Source of the DNA: a virus
Taxonomy: Duplodnaviria; Caudoviricetes
Length of the DNA: 64,000 bases
Strand: one strand, 5' to 3'
IMG/VR virus record: IMGVR_UViG_3300021373_001027
Location: 1,381 to 65,380 of that record
Both the position numbers and the translations under genes were made by a program. This document shows positions 19,161 through 27,229 of this stretch, piece after piece. Every line of letters begins with the position of its first letter. The first letter of the stretch is position 1. The notes beneath the pieces were generated by a model, which was given only the letters and a program-made list of their open reading frames with translations, did no database searches and had not been told where the DNA came from.

Positions 19161-20609
19161 TTAGGGCGTGTAAGCACGATCCTGCTCAGCGGTCAACGTT
19201 ACCACGTTTGACTTAGACCTTGTAATAGTGCCTGTAGCTACCACCGGCTTCGCAACGCCTATGTTTCCCGCAATAACCGTTATGTCAATGTCGGCAGAGT
19301 TTTCGTCAGCGTCAACTCGACCACCTTGAACGTTGTTATCAAAGTCGATAGAGAAGGTTAGCGATGCTGCATTAATCGTACCTGTTACGTCAGTGCCTGT
19401 GTTGTCATCTAGGACAATCGCCGTAGCTGTGCCGTAGTCGTCGGCTCCGCTTGTAGAGTCCGTAATGAAGGCTGTGAAGTACCCAGCGCCACCCGACTGC
19501 AAGAACGAGTTAAAGTTAAGCTGCAAAGTTGCCGCGAAGTCAAAGATGCGCTTCGTACCACCTTGATCGAAGAAGTCCACGTTGTTTTGATCTTGAGGTC
19601 GCAGGTTGGTGATAAACACACTTTGCGAACATATCAGCTTATCACCCTCAAAACGCAGTAGTGTATTCTGAATGTCACCTCTCTTTGCGCCGTCAGCGTC
19701 GGTAAGCGTGTCGAGGTTTGCTTGGTTTATGTCCCCAGTCTGACGCAGCAAATACTGAATCTTAGTGTATATTTGCTGAAGCGTTTTGTTGTCACCGTCA
19801 ATGATGATACGGAAATCAAAATCGTCAGCGGCATCGTTAATGTCGATAAGCTGGGACGTTGTGAAGTAACCTACGTCGATATTGGCATAAGTTGCTGATT
19901 GCGCTCCCGTTATTTCCGCATCGGTGTTTACGATGTTTAGGTCTGTTGCGTTAGACAGCAGTACGTTGACCGTATTAGCGCCTGTTCCTAACTGACCAGT
20001 ATCCGCTAGTACGGAATCGTCAAACGTAAAGCCTTGAGAGCGGATATACGCCTTGAAGAAAGTTTGACTGTCAAAAGTAGTTGTTGTGGCATCTACTGTG
20101 GCATCACCTAATATCTGAACTGCTTGGTTAGGCTCATCAGTAAATACAAAATCTGCGGGGTTAGCACCGTCAACAATCTGGTAGTATGCCTGACCTCCAG
20201 CGTTAAACTCACCCAGAGACACGATACCTACATATCGTCGGGCCAGATCACCGGTATCGGAAGTACCTGCAATATCAGGCGTACCCGCTGCTTGGTATTC
20301 GTTCCAACCGCCATCACGTAACGCTTCTCGCGTAGCGTCATCGGCTGGCCCCCAGTCGTTAAACCGCGATCCGTCAAAGCCAAATTCAAACTGACCTGAT
20401 TTGGCGTCGATTGCATACATCGGAAAGGGGAAGCTGTTATACGCTGACGTTTCCCACAGTTTGATGAACTTAGAGTAAAGCGCCTGTAACGTAACGCCGT
20501 CTTTATAGACAAGGTTACCTGCGGCATTAAGCGTAAAAGTACGCGCTGTAGTGTTAATGGTAATCTCGGTGTTTACGACCAGATCATCACCGTCTATAAT
20601 TTTTGCCAT
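19161..20609 (-). CDS. Virion structural protein, acidic beta-rich
   Basis: 482 aa ORF with RBS; GVTLQALYS...FPFPM pattern. Confidence 0.55.
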   Translation of the reverse strand: MAKIIDGDDLVVNTEITINTTARTFTLNAAGNLVYKDGVTLQALYSKFIKLWETSAYNSFPFPMYAIDAKSGQFEFGFDGSRFNDWGPADDATREALRDGGWNEYQAAGTPDIAGTSDTGDLARRYVGIVSLGEFNAGGQAYYQIVDGANPADFVFTDEPNQAVQILGDATVDATTTTFDSQTFFKAYIRSQGFTFDDSVLADTGQLGTGANTVNVLLSNATDLNIVNTDAEITGAQSATYANIDVGYFTTSQLIDINDAADDFDFRIIIDGDNKTLQQIYTKIQYLLRQTGDINQANLDTLTDADGAKRGDIQNTLLRFEGDKLICSQSVFITNLRPQDQNNVDFFDQGGTKRIFDFAATLQLNFNSFLQSGGAGYFTAFITDSTSGADDYGTATAIVLDDNTGTDVTGTINAASLTFSIDFDNNVQGGRVDADENSADIDITVIAGNIGVAKPVVATGTITRSKSNVVTLTAEQDRAYTP

Positions 20610-20624
20610 TGTCTGCTCCCCCCT

Positions 20625-22154
20625 TTAAGGAACGTAGTTTCTGTCTAATTGCTGCGCTACAGGTAACGTAGCGCTGGTGGAGCCAAGTTCAAAACCGTAA
20701 ACAAAGAACGGTACGTAGCCGTCGCGGTATACTTTTATGTCTATAAAAGTTCCAGCAGAAAACGTATACGTATATGTAGAAGTCGTCCCAGTTATATCTT
20801 GATCGTCTTGCAATTTGGTTGTTGTGCCTGCGGTGTATATTACCACATCAGAGTTACTTATTACTCCACTAACCGTTAAGGTAGCTTGCCCAGCAACAAC
20901 ATTAACTGTTGCGCCTGCTGTCCGTATTGACGGTAGTGTTGCACCAGCAGCTACGTTAATGTTTAGGGTGCCAGAACCAACGTTTACAAATATTGTTTCG
21001 TTGCCTGTACTGCTAGTTGACGCTGGGGAACCTGTAGCACCGACAACGTATCCCGATGTTGTACACGACCAATCCATTGAACCCGTACCAAGACTGGTAA
21101 GCTCTACTGCATGGCTAGTTGTAGCGCCTTTTGTAAAGTCACATAAATCAACTTGATCTAGGTTTGAAACAACCACGGCTTCTGTGGATGGGGCATCTGA
21201 AAATCTTGAACCTGTAAAATCTGCGCCGTTGCCAATAATACTTGTGCAGTCGTTGAAAATGCAATTTGACGCAGTTTGTCCTGATTTAAGGGTTATTATC
21301 CCAGCCCGCACAAACGTCGTACCAGCCAACAAAAGAGTCACATCGGCGTTATTCATTGTAAAATCAAAGCGTGTAGTATCTGTATCGCCAGCGCCTTTTA
21401 TAACGCTGTTAGCAATATCTACAGTACAGCCAGAACCTTGCCCGATAATGTCATACAAACTTGCATTTACAGGGGCATCGGCAAAGATAAACACATCGTT
21501 ATCTGCCTTAAAATATGTTGCTGTTGCTCCCGAACCAATAGTTATTTTCCCAAAGCAAAAGTTTACTTCCTGCTCGGATAAAATAATTCCATAAGCTGAA
21601 GCGCTATCCACTGTAGACGTTTCTGTAAACGTAATTGGGTCGCCAACAGTACCTCCGGTAAGTGTATAACCATCACCATAACGCAGATAATCCACAAACG
21701 TGTTAATAACGTTTCTTGGCTGGCCGTTGCGCTGAAATCTAAAGCCAACATCATTAATGTTTCCGGTAGGCTTAGTGCCAGAGTCATTTGCAGAGTTATA
21801 GTCAACAATGGCATTAAACCAACCGCCTTGGTAGGTAGGGACACCCGTTACCGCAGAGCCAGCACCTCTAAAAATATTCCAAAACGCTGTATTGTTGCCG
21901 CCTATCAGCATTTCAAAAAAGTCTAAGTTGCCTAGCGCCGTAAATTGTACCCATCCGCGAATGTGTTGGTTAGCGCCAGCAAAGTTTGCTGAAGTGTACT
22001 CAACGCTAGACGCATCAGAACGCAATGTTGCATAAACGGAGTTTGTCCCTTCCAGCTTAATATCAGGCTCAAGCCCACCCTCACCAACCCATCCCGTTAC
22101 AGAATCGGCACTGCTAATCGTTACAGGTACGTTCGTAAGAGTAGGCGCAGCCAT
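20625..22154 (-). CDS. Virion structural protein, possible beta-helix
   Basis: 509 aa, G/T/S/A-rich; C-terminus QLDRNYVP parallels neighbour's EQDRAYTP. Confidence 0.55.
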   Translation of the reverse strand: MAAPTLTNVPVTISSADSVTGWVGEGGLEPDIKLEGTNSVYATLRSDASSVEYTSANFAGANQHIRGWVQFTALGNLDFFEMLIGGNNTAFWNIFRGAGSAVTGVPTYQGGWFNAIVDYNSANDSGTKPTGNINDVGFRFQRNGQPRNVINTFVDYLRYGDGYTLTGGTVGDPITFTETSTVDSASAYGIILSEQEVNFCFGKITIGSGATATYFKADNDVFIFADAPVNASLYDIIGQGSGCTVDIANSVIKGAGDTDTTRFDFTMNNADVTLLLAGTTFVRAGIITLKSGQTASNCIFNDCTSIIGNGADFTGSRFSDAPSTEAVVVSNLDQVDLCDFTKGATTSHAVELTSLGTGSMDWSCTTSGYVVGATGSPASTSSTGNETIFVNVGSGTLNINVAAGATLPSIRTAGATVNVVAGQATLTVSGVISNSDVVIYTAGTTTKLQDDQDITGTTSTYTYTFSAGTFIDIKVYRDGYVPFFVYGFELGSTSATLPVAQQLDRNYVP

Positions 22155-22390
22155 TAGCTATAACTCAACGATGCACGGTTGTCCCACACGCTATCAAAAT
22201 TACCGTTACCGTCAGCAAAAGAAACTGAAAAAACGTTACCGCTAGTTTCTAGTTTTTTAATTTGCCAAACCGCCAAAGATGTAGGAGAACTAGGAGCCGC
22301 CCTACCTACATAGGTGACTCCTGCCTCTGTCTCGTCCAACAAAACTGTATAAGGAAAAGTTGTTGAGGACGTTATACTTACGCCGCTCAT
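22154..22390 (-). CDS. Small virion protein
   Basis: YVG.A......WQIKK...WDNRASLSY pattern; TAATG coupling. Confidence 0.6.
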   Translation of the reverse strand: MSGVSITSSTTFPYTVLLDETEAGVTYVGRAAPSSPTSLAVWQIKKLETSGNVFSVSFADGNGNFDSVWDNRASLSYS

Positions 22391-22393
22391 AAC

Positions 22394-22912
22394 TTAGCCT
22401 AGTTTGGCTTTAAGCTTAGCTAAGGAGGTTTCTACTGACTTGCGCTTAGTTTCAAGCTGCTTAATTTCACTTTCTAAAGAGTCTTTAATTTTAGAAAGGT
22501 CTTTTTCTAAAGCAACCGTCTTTGCCTTAAAAACGTCGTCCAATGCGTCGATTTTAGCTTGCTTGACACTAACCGCTACTTCCGTCTCAGCCTTTAGTTT
22601 GTCTTTTAACCCCTGCAAAGAAGAATTAACGGACATAAAATCAGCTTCAATAGAGCCGAGTTCTTTAGAAGCTTCAGCTTTTTTAACTAAAATTTCAGCA
22701 AGCTTGGCGTCGGCATTGGCAATAGACTTAAGCTTATCTTCACGCTCTCTAGCGCAAGCGTCTTCAATAAGTTGCAGCTTATCTAAACTTTCGGCAACAA
22801 GCCTTTCATAATCTTTAGCCTTGGAAGCGGCTTCAATCACGGCAGGTATAGCTTCGATAGCAGGGCCAAACGTCTCAGCAAACTTTTTAAGAGCGCTCTC
22901 GTTAATGCTCAT
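22394..22912 (-). CDS. Coiled-coil protein
   Basis: A/E/K/L-rich heptads over 172 aa. Confidence 0.6.
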   Translation of the reverse strand: MSINESALKKFAETFGPAIEAIPAVIEAASKAKDYERLVAESLDKLQLIEDACAREREDKLKSIANADAKLAEILVKKAEASKELGSIEADFMSVNSSLQGLKDKLKAETEVAVSVKQAKIDALDDVFKAKTVALEKDLSKIKDSLESEIKQLETKRKSVETSLAKLKAKLG

Positions 22913-23238
22913 TATACTGGGCCTCCAGACTGAATTACCGTTAAAGTAACGTCACCGGTAGTAACCGCAGATACATCTAGACGAACAGCAGTCACAGGGA
23001 AAGCAATGTTCCCTGTTGCTGACGCCGATCCACCTACACCTGAAATACTAGACCAGTTACCGCTTGCAGCGACATAACCATCGGCATGAATATCGTCAGT
23101 TGTGTATTGAGCGACGTACGTAATCCCTGTTCCGTTTACAAGAACATCGACGGTCACATTAGACGGACTAATGTAGTGGTCTAAAGGGACAGGCTCGCTA
23201 CTGGCAATAGAACTAACTGTTTTACGTATAGGTCGCAT
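22912..23238 (-). CDS. Small virion protein
   Basis: YVAQYTTDD...AFPVTAVRL pattern; late operon. Confidence 0.55.
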   Translation of the reverse strand: MRPIRKTVSSIASSEPVPLDHYISPSNVTVDVLVNGTGITYVAQYTTDDIHADGYVAASGNWSSISGVGGSASATGNIAFPVTAVRLDVSAVTTGDVTLTVIQSGGPV

Positions 23239-23250
23239 TTAGACCCCCTA

Positions 23251-23484
23251 TTAAGACAGTGCAGCGCCAGAACAAACAACCCAAGCTGCGCCAGTCCAAA
23301 CAACAACAGCAGTTTCGTCATTACCTACGCCGTTATCAGTAACAACACGGAGAGAGCCAGTTGCGGCGTTTGTGATTGCGTTTGCCTCAGCCGTGGTGCC
23401 AACAGGCAAATTAACAGCGCCAGTAAGAGCGCCAGTAAAGCCACCTGTGGATACAATTGGGCCAGAAAAAGTAGAAGTTGCCAT
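23251..23484 (-). CDS. Capsid decoration/fibre-like protein
   Basis: MATSTFSGPIVS N-terminus; first gene after MCP; RBS GAGGA. Confidence 0.55.
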   Translation of the reverse strand: MATSTFSGPIVSTGGFTGALTGAVNLPVGTTAEANAITNAATGSLRVVTDNGVGNDETAVVVWTGAAWVVCSGAALS

Positions 23485-23489
23485 TAAAT

Positions 23490-23572
23490 TTTCCTCACAT
23501 GCGAGTTGGGTATAGCAGTCTGCATGTCGTCAGCCGGGACTGTCTGCTATACCGGAATGCCCGGAACTTGCT
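23490..23572 (-). ncRNA. Structured RNA element downstream of capsid gene, probably Mu-gpT-DE-like motif
   Basis: Stem GGTATAGCAG/CTGCTATACC with cross-pairings CCGGG/CCCGG and ACATGC/GCATGT; location matches the described Mu-gpT-DE motif (family assignment from memory, not searched). Confidence 0.55.
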
Positions 23573-23603
23573 AAGAGTACGTTATTTTCTGTTAAACAGC
23601 AAA

Positions 23604-23632
23604 CAAAAAAAGAGGGCCGAAGCCCTCTTTTT
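23604..23632 (-). terminator. Rho-independent terminator after MCP
   Basis: Minus strand AAGAGGGC-TTCG-GCCCTCTT followed by T-run; T-runs on both strands. Confidence 0.85.
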
Positions 23633-23647
23633 CTACAACGCTGAAGC

Positions 23648-24553
23648 TTAAGCTCCGGGCGAACCCCAGACAGCCAAAGGATCAGAAACACCAAACGAGT
23701 AACGCTCACGGGCCTTGTAACGGCTGTTGCCGGTATCAAAGTCGCCGTCCATTGAGGTCTGCATTGGCGTACGGACGAAGTGCTTAAGTCCGTTCGGAAT
23801 GTCAGTCATCAAGAACCATGCGTTCGTATCCGTCAGGTAATGGTTAATTGCATAACCTTCTGGAATAGAACCGTTGCTCTTAAGAGCGTTCAGGTCGTTA
23901 TCCGCTGTTGCAACGCGGCCTTCAGTTTCCAACAAGCGAGTTGCAACGAATTGCAATGCGGGTGGAACGATAAGCTTGCGAGGACGGGCAGCAATTAACA
24001 AGCCGCGCTCATCAGTCCACTGTGAAATCTGAATGACAGCGGCTTCCAAAGAAGTCTCATTCAGGTCAGCAGCGACCGTGGGGCGGTTAGAGTTAGTGCC
24101 ACCGCTAACTAGCGGGTGAGCAGTTGAACATAAGGTAGTGCCGTCACCGTAGTTCACACCAGAGAAAGCATTGTTCAATACTGACGCAGCTTTAACTTGC
24201 TTGGTGTAAGCCATTGCGCGAGCCAGTGCCTTGGTGTAGCGAGCGGAGAGGGAATCATAAAGATTATCTTCCATCGCTTCTTCAGTAATACTGAAGCCCA
24301 TTGCAACTGTTTCGTGCACGTAACGAGCAGTCCATGCTTCTTGAGCATTATCATACTCAATCGCAGAACCTTCGTCTTTAACGGGAGCGGCGGAGAAACC
24401 GGACAACTTGGTTTCTTCTTCAAATGAACGATCTGAAGATTCAGTCTCGAACATCTGCTTATGCTCTTCTTCATACTTAGAATACTCCATACCAAAAAGA
24501 GCGTTTAGCCCCGGCAAGAGTTCCTTTAGTAGTTGTGCGCGTGAAATAGCCAT
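23648..24553 (-). CDS. Major capsid protein (Mu-like gpT type, HK97 fold)
   Basis: MAISRAQLLKELLPGLNALFG...KLIVPP...YKARERYSFGVSDP; followed by strong terminator. Confidence 0.88.
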   Translation of the reverse strand: MAISRAQLLKELLPGLNALFGMEYSKYEEEHKQMFETESSDRSFEEETKLSGFSAAPVKDEGSAIEYDNAQEAWTARYVHETVAMGFSITEEAMEDNLYDSLSARYTKALARAMAYTKQVKAASVLNNAFSGVNYGDGTTLCSTAHPLVSGGTNSNRPTVAADLNETSLEAAVIQISQWTDERGLLIAARPRKLIVPPALQFVATRLLETEGRVATADNDLNALKSNGSIPEGYAINHYLTDTNAWFLMTDIPNGLKHFVRTPMQTSMDGDFDTGNSRYKARERYSFGVSDPLAVWGSPGA

Positions 24554-24565
24554 TAGTCAGTCTCC

Positions 24566-25162
24566 TTAAACGCCAGTTGTGTTGCTGTATTGATGACCAG
24601 CGTTCCACTTAACCAACGCTTCGGTAAAGCCGCCCGAAGAGTCTTTAGTCTCTTCAACCAGACCTACAACCTTGACAGGCAGAGTGGCAGTTGTTGCCGT
24701 TGTTTCAGAAATCGCAACAGCAGACTTGCCTGTTGCCGCATCACCGGAGTTGTCAATCAACTGAGCGTTGCCGCCCAAGTCAGTTTGTGCCATTGCACCA
24801 ATGGTAGTACCAGAGGAAACGATAGCTACTTTAAAGACAACGTTAGGATCGTCTACAACGTAAGCTACAATGTCAGAAGCAACTGTATTTGCAGGGAGGT
24901 ACTGACTGTGAATCGTGTACTTAAGTACAGGATCAGTGTAAGAACACCCTAAGAAAATACCAATTACGTCCATTTGAGCATCGGCTGCTTCACGTACGAC
25001 TGTTCCAGTGGTGCCGTCAACTTTGACAGCATCGCCGTTAAAGATCGAAGTGTTGTAGCCGCTTGCTACTTTAAACTGACGAGTTGCGCCAGCATACGGC
25101 ATACCGTCTAGACGGTTTACCGGTACAAGCCCAGAGGGGGCTTCGATAGCGGGATAAGCCAT
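24566..25162 (-). CDS. Capsid-associated (cement/decoration-like) protein
   Basis: Directly upstream of MCP; IFNGD.V and V.DDP..VF patterns. Confidence 0.55.
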   Translation of the reverse strand: MAYPAIEAPSGLVPVNRLDGMPYAGATRQFKVASGYNTSIFNGDAVKVDGTTGTVVREAADAQMDVIGIFLGCSYTDPVLKYTIHSQYLPANTVASDIVAYVVDDPNVVFKVAIVSSGTTIGAMAQTDLGGNAQLIDNSGDAATGKSAVAISETTATTATLPVKVVGLVEETKDSSGGFTEALVKWNAGHQYSNTTGV

Positions 25163-25174
25163 TTTTGACTCCTA

Positions 25175-25645
25175 TTAATTCCCAGACCCGAAAGTGACCT
25201 TAGATTTTCTCTCGTTAAAGAGAGGCATCCTAGCGTCATTTTCGCGCATTAAGTTGTTGTCAACAGAGTTAATTTGAGCTTGAGTCTGATCGTTATAATA
25301 ATCAGTTCGCTCGGTAACCATCTCTTGTGGAGCCTTGCACAGCATTAAGCCGCCCATTACAACGTTGTCCTTGAAACGCGAGTTCTCAACAACACCGCCT
25401 GTATATAGCTCCATTTCTGGATGATCTGCGCTTTTTACAGGTGTCCATCCTTCACGGATTTTCGCTGAAACGTTGGTAGGATCAGGTTGATTGTTTGTGC
25501 TAACACGTACCCAATGAAAAGCCCAGCCTTCTTGGGGGTCAGGGGTAGGTAATACCTCTGGCTTACGCCAAGCTTGCTTTCGGACTCCAGATTCCCGCGC
25601 TTCTGCTTTACGGGGATTGCGATTTTGTCGTGTTGATTCAACCAT
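25175..25645 (-). CDS. Conserved head-module protein
   Basis: WVRVST...REGW.PV...GGLMLCKAP pattern. Confidence 0.6.
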   Translation of the reverse strand: MVESTRQNRNPRKAEARESGVRKQAWRKPEVLPTPDPQEGWAFHWVRVSTNNQPDPTNVSAKIREGWTPVKSADHPEMELYTGGVVENSRFKDNVVMGGLMLCKAPQEMVTERTDYYNDQTQAQINSVDNNLMRENDARMPLFNERKSKVTFGSGN

Positions 25646-26642
25646 TTTTAGCCTTCCTTATTTCATTAGCAACCTGTTTGGCGTATAAATCTAGGGGGAC
25701 TCCTAGCCGTTTAGCAATCGCTATTTGGCTTTTTTCCAACTTAACTTTTTTTGGTGCGCGGCTACGAGTAGCCGGTGCTACGTTGGTTTGGGTTTTTTTG
25801 GTTTCCGACGACTCCCCAAAGTAATCTGAAAACACTTCCCGCATACGGGAATTTATTTTCCCGTAGTATTCTTCGCTTTTTGGATCGAACCCGCTTTTAA
25901 CAAGTTTTTGATGCAGACCCAAAGCAAAGCTGGTCATTTCGTCATCACTTCCGAACCAAGAATTTTCACTGGCCCAGTTTTCTGCTTTTTCATCCCTAAC
26001 CGGTAAGCTCGCAGGCTCGGGAACTGATGAACTTTGCAAGTTCTCTTTTACACTATTATCTTTATTTTGTAAAGGAGGTTTGATGTTCTCCACTCTAGAA
26101 TGCTTTAATCTAGCATTAGATAGCCGTTCTTCAGCCGCCATCACCTTATCTGTATCACCACTCTCATAAGCAGCAGCATATTCACGCTTAGCTGTCTCTA
26201 TTTCAGTAGTAAGCATTCGCTTAACTTGCTCAATGATTGCAGATCGACTTTTACCTACAGAAGTCTTTAACGTTTCATTCTCTGCTATAAGCTTCTTAGT
26301 GTAATCCTCAAGCGCTGTTCTTTCCCGGAGAGCAGTTTCTTTAGCTCTCCGCTCGTCATGGTAACCTTTACTAAAATGCTTAATCCGATTAGCAACTTTT
26401 TCAGAGTAATTTTCTAACTCTTCATCGGTTACATCTTCGGGTGGAGTTTTAGAAGGCTTACGTCCCCTATCTTCTACAGGGGTATCGTCAACAATTTCAA
26501 TTTCAAATTCGTCCTCAACCGGTGCGCTACGACTAGGCATGTTGATGGTTTCAGCACTGGATGGTTCAAGATCAATTTCAATCTCAGATGGATCATCCTT
26601 AGCTTCATGTGGAAAGTTATACTTAACTTCTTCAAAAGGCAT
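25638..26642 (-). CDS. Scaffolding protein-like
   Basis: Acidic N-terminus, coiled coil, C-terminal IAKRLGVPLDLYAKQV; between portal and MCP. Confidence 0.6.
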   Translation of the reverse strand: MPFEEVKYNFPHEAKDDPSEIEIDLEPSSAETINMPSRSAPVEDEFEIEIVDDTPVEDRGRKPSKTPPEDVTDEELENYSEKVANRIKHFSKGYHDERRAKETALRERTALEDYTKKLIAENETLKTSVGKSRSAIIEQVKRMLTTEIETAKREYAAAYESGDTDKVMAAEERLSNARLKHSRVENIKPPLQNKDNSVKENLQSSSVPEPASLPVRDEKAENWASENSWFGSDDEMTSFALGLHQKLVKSGFDPKSEEYYGKINSRMREVFSDYFGESSETKKTQTNVAPATRSRAPKKVKLEKSQIAIAKRLGVPLDLYAKQVANEIRKAKNG

Positions 26643-26652
26643 TAGCTACTCC

Positions 26653-27039
26653 TTAGACAGTAGTGACGGCAGTGGGGTTTTCAACAACAGCTTCAATGCT
26701 GTCATCATTCATCAGGCGGAACTCCTTACCCTTAACTTTAAATCGGGTTCCAGAGTTTGAGCGAAACATTACGTAATCGCCCTCTTTACACCAAGCCCCG
26801 TTAGGAAATCGGGAAGTATCGCTATAAGCTTCACCGCCCATATCGACAACCAAACCAACCATAGACAAGATAGACTCGTGATGGATGGTTGTATTGGATT
26901 TCAAGATACCGCTGCTAAAAGTTTCTTCGACTTCAGGCATAGCTATCAAAACGTGATACCCCACAGGTTTGGGAATATCAGCCTCCAATACAGCTTCTTT
27001 CGGTTTAGGTGTTAAGTCCAGTTTAATTGCGTCACTCAT
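26653..27039 (-). CDS. Phage co-chaperonin, GroES/Cpn10-like
   Basis: KPVGYHVLI...SGIL...GDYVMF...LMNDDSIEAVV; start re-called at MSDAIK. Confidence 0.75.
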   Translation of the reverse strand: MSDAIKLDLTPKPKEAVLEADIPKPVGYHVLIAMPEVEETFSSGILKSNTTIHHESILSMVGLVVDMGGEAYSDTSRFPNGAWCKEGDYVMFRSNSGTRFKVKGKEFRLMNDDSIEAVVENPTAVTTV

Positions 27040-27229
27040 TATCTGAGTCCTCATAGTTTCGCGAGAGGTCTTCAATTGCCCTTATTGCGTACTCCAGACC
27101 TCGTATAGAGCCGCAGGATTCTTTATATTCTTCGTAACTATCAAGCGTGCCTTTACTCATGGCTTCTTTTATTCTTTCTTGCTGCTGCTGACAATCAGCG
27201 ATTAGTACTTGAAAAACAGATTTAGACAT
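27032..27229 (-). CDS. Small conserved head-module protein
   Basis: YEEYK..CG.IRGL pattern between portal and GroES-like gene. Confidence 0.6.
   Translation of the reverse strand: MSKSVFQVLIADCQQQQERIKEAMSKGTLDSYEEYKESCGSIRGLEYAIRAIEDLSRNYEDSDNE

Noticed and set aside
23530-23739. 69-aa ORF overlapping the MCP end
   Set aside because: Crosses the terminator and RNA element; no evidence of programmed frameshifting.
26614-26629. AAGTTATACTTAACTT and half-sites near 5661 and 44430 as extra palindrome copies
   Set aside because: Inside coding sequence and lacking the complete second arm; compatible with chance.
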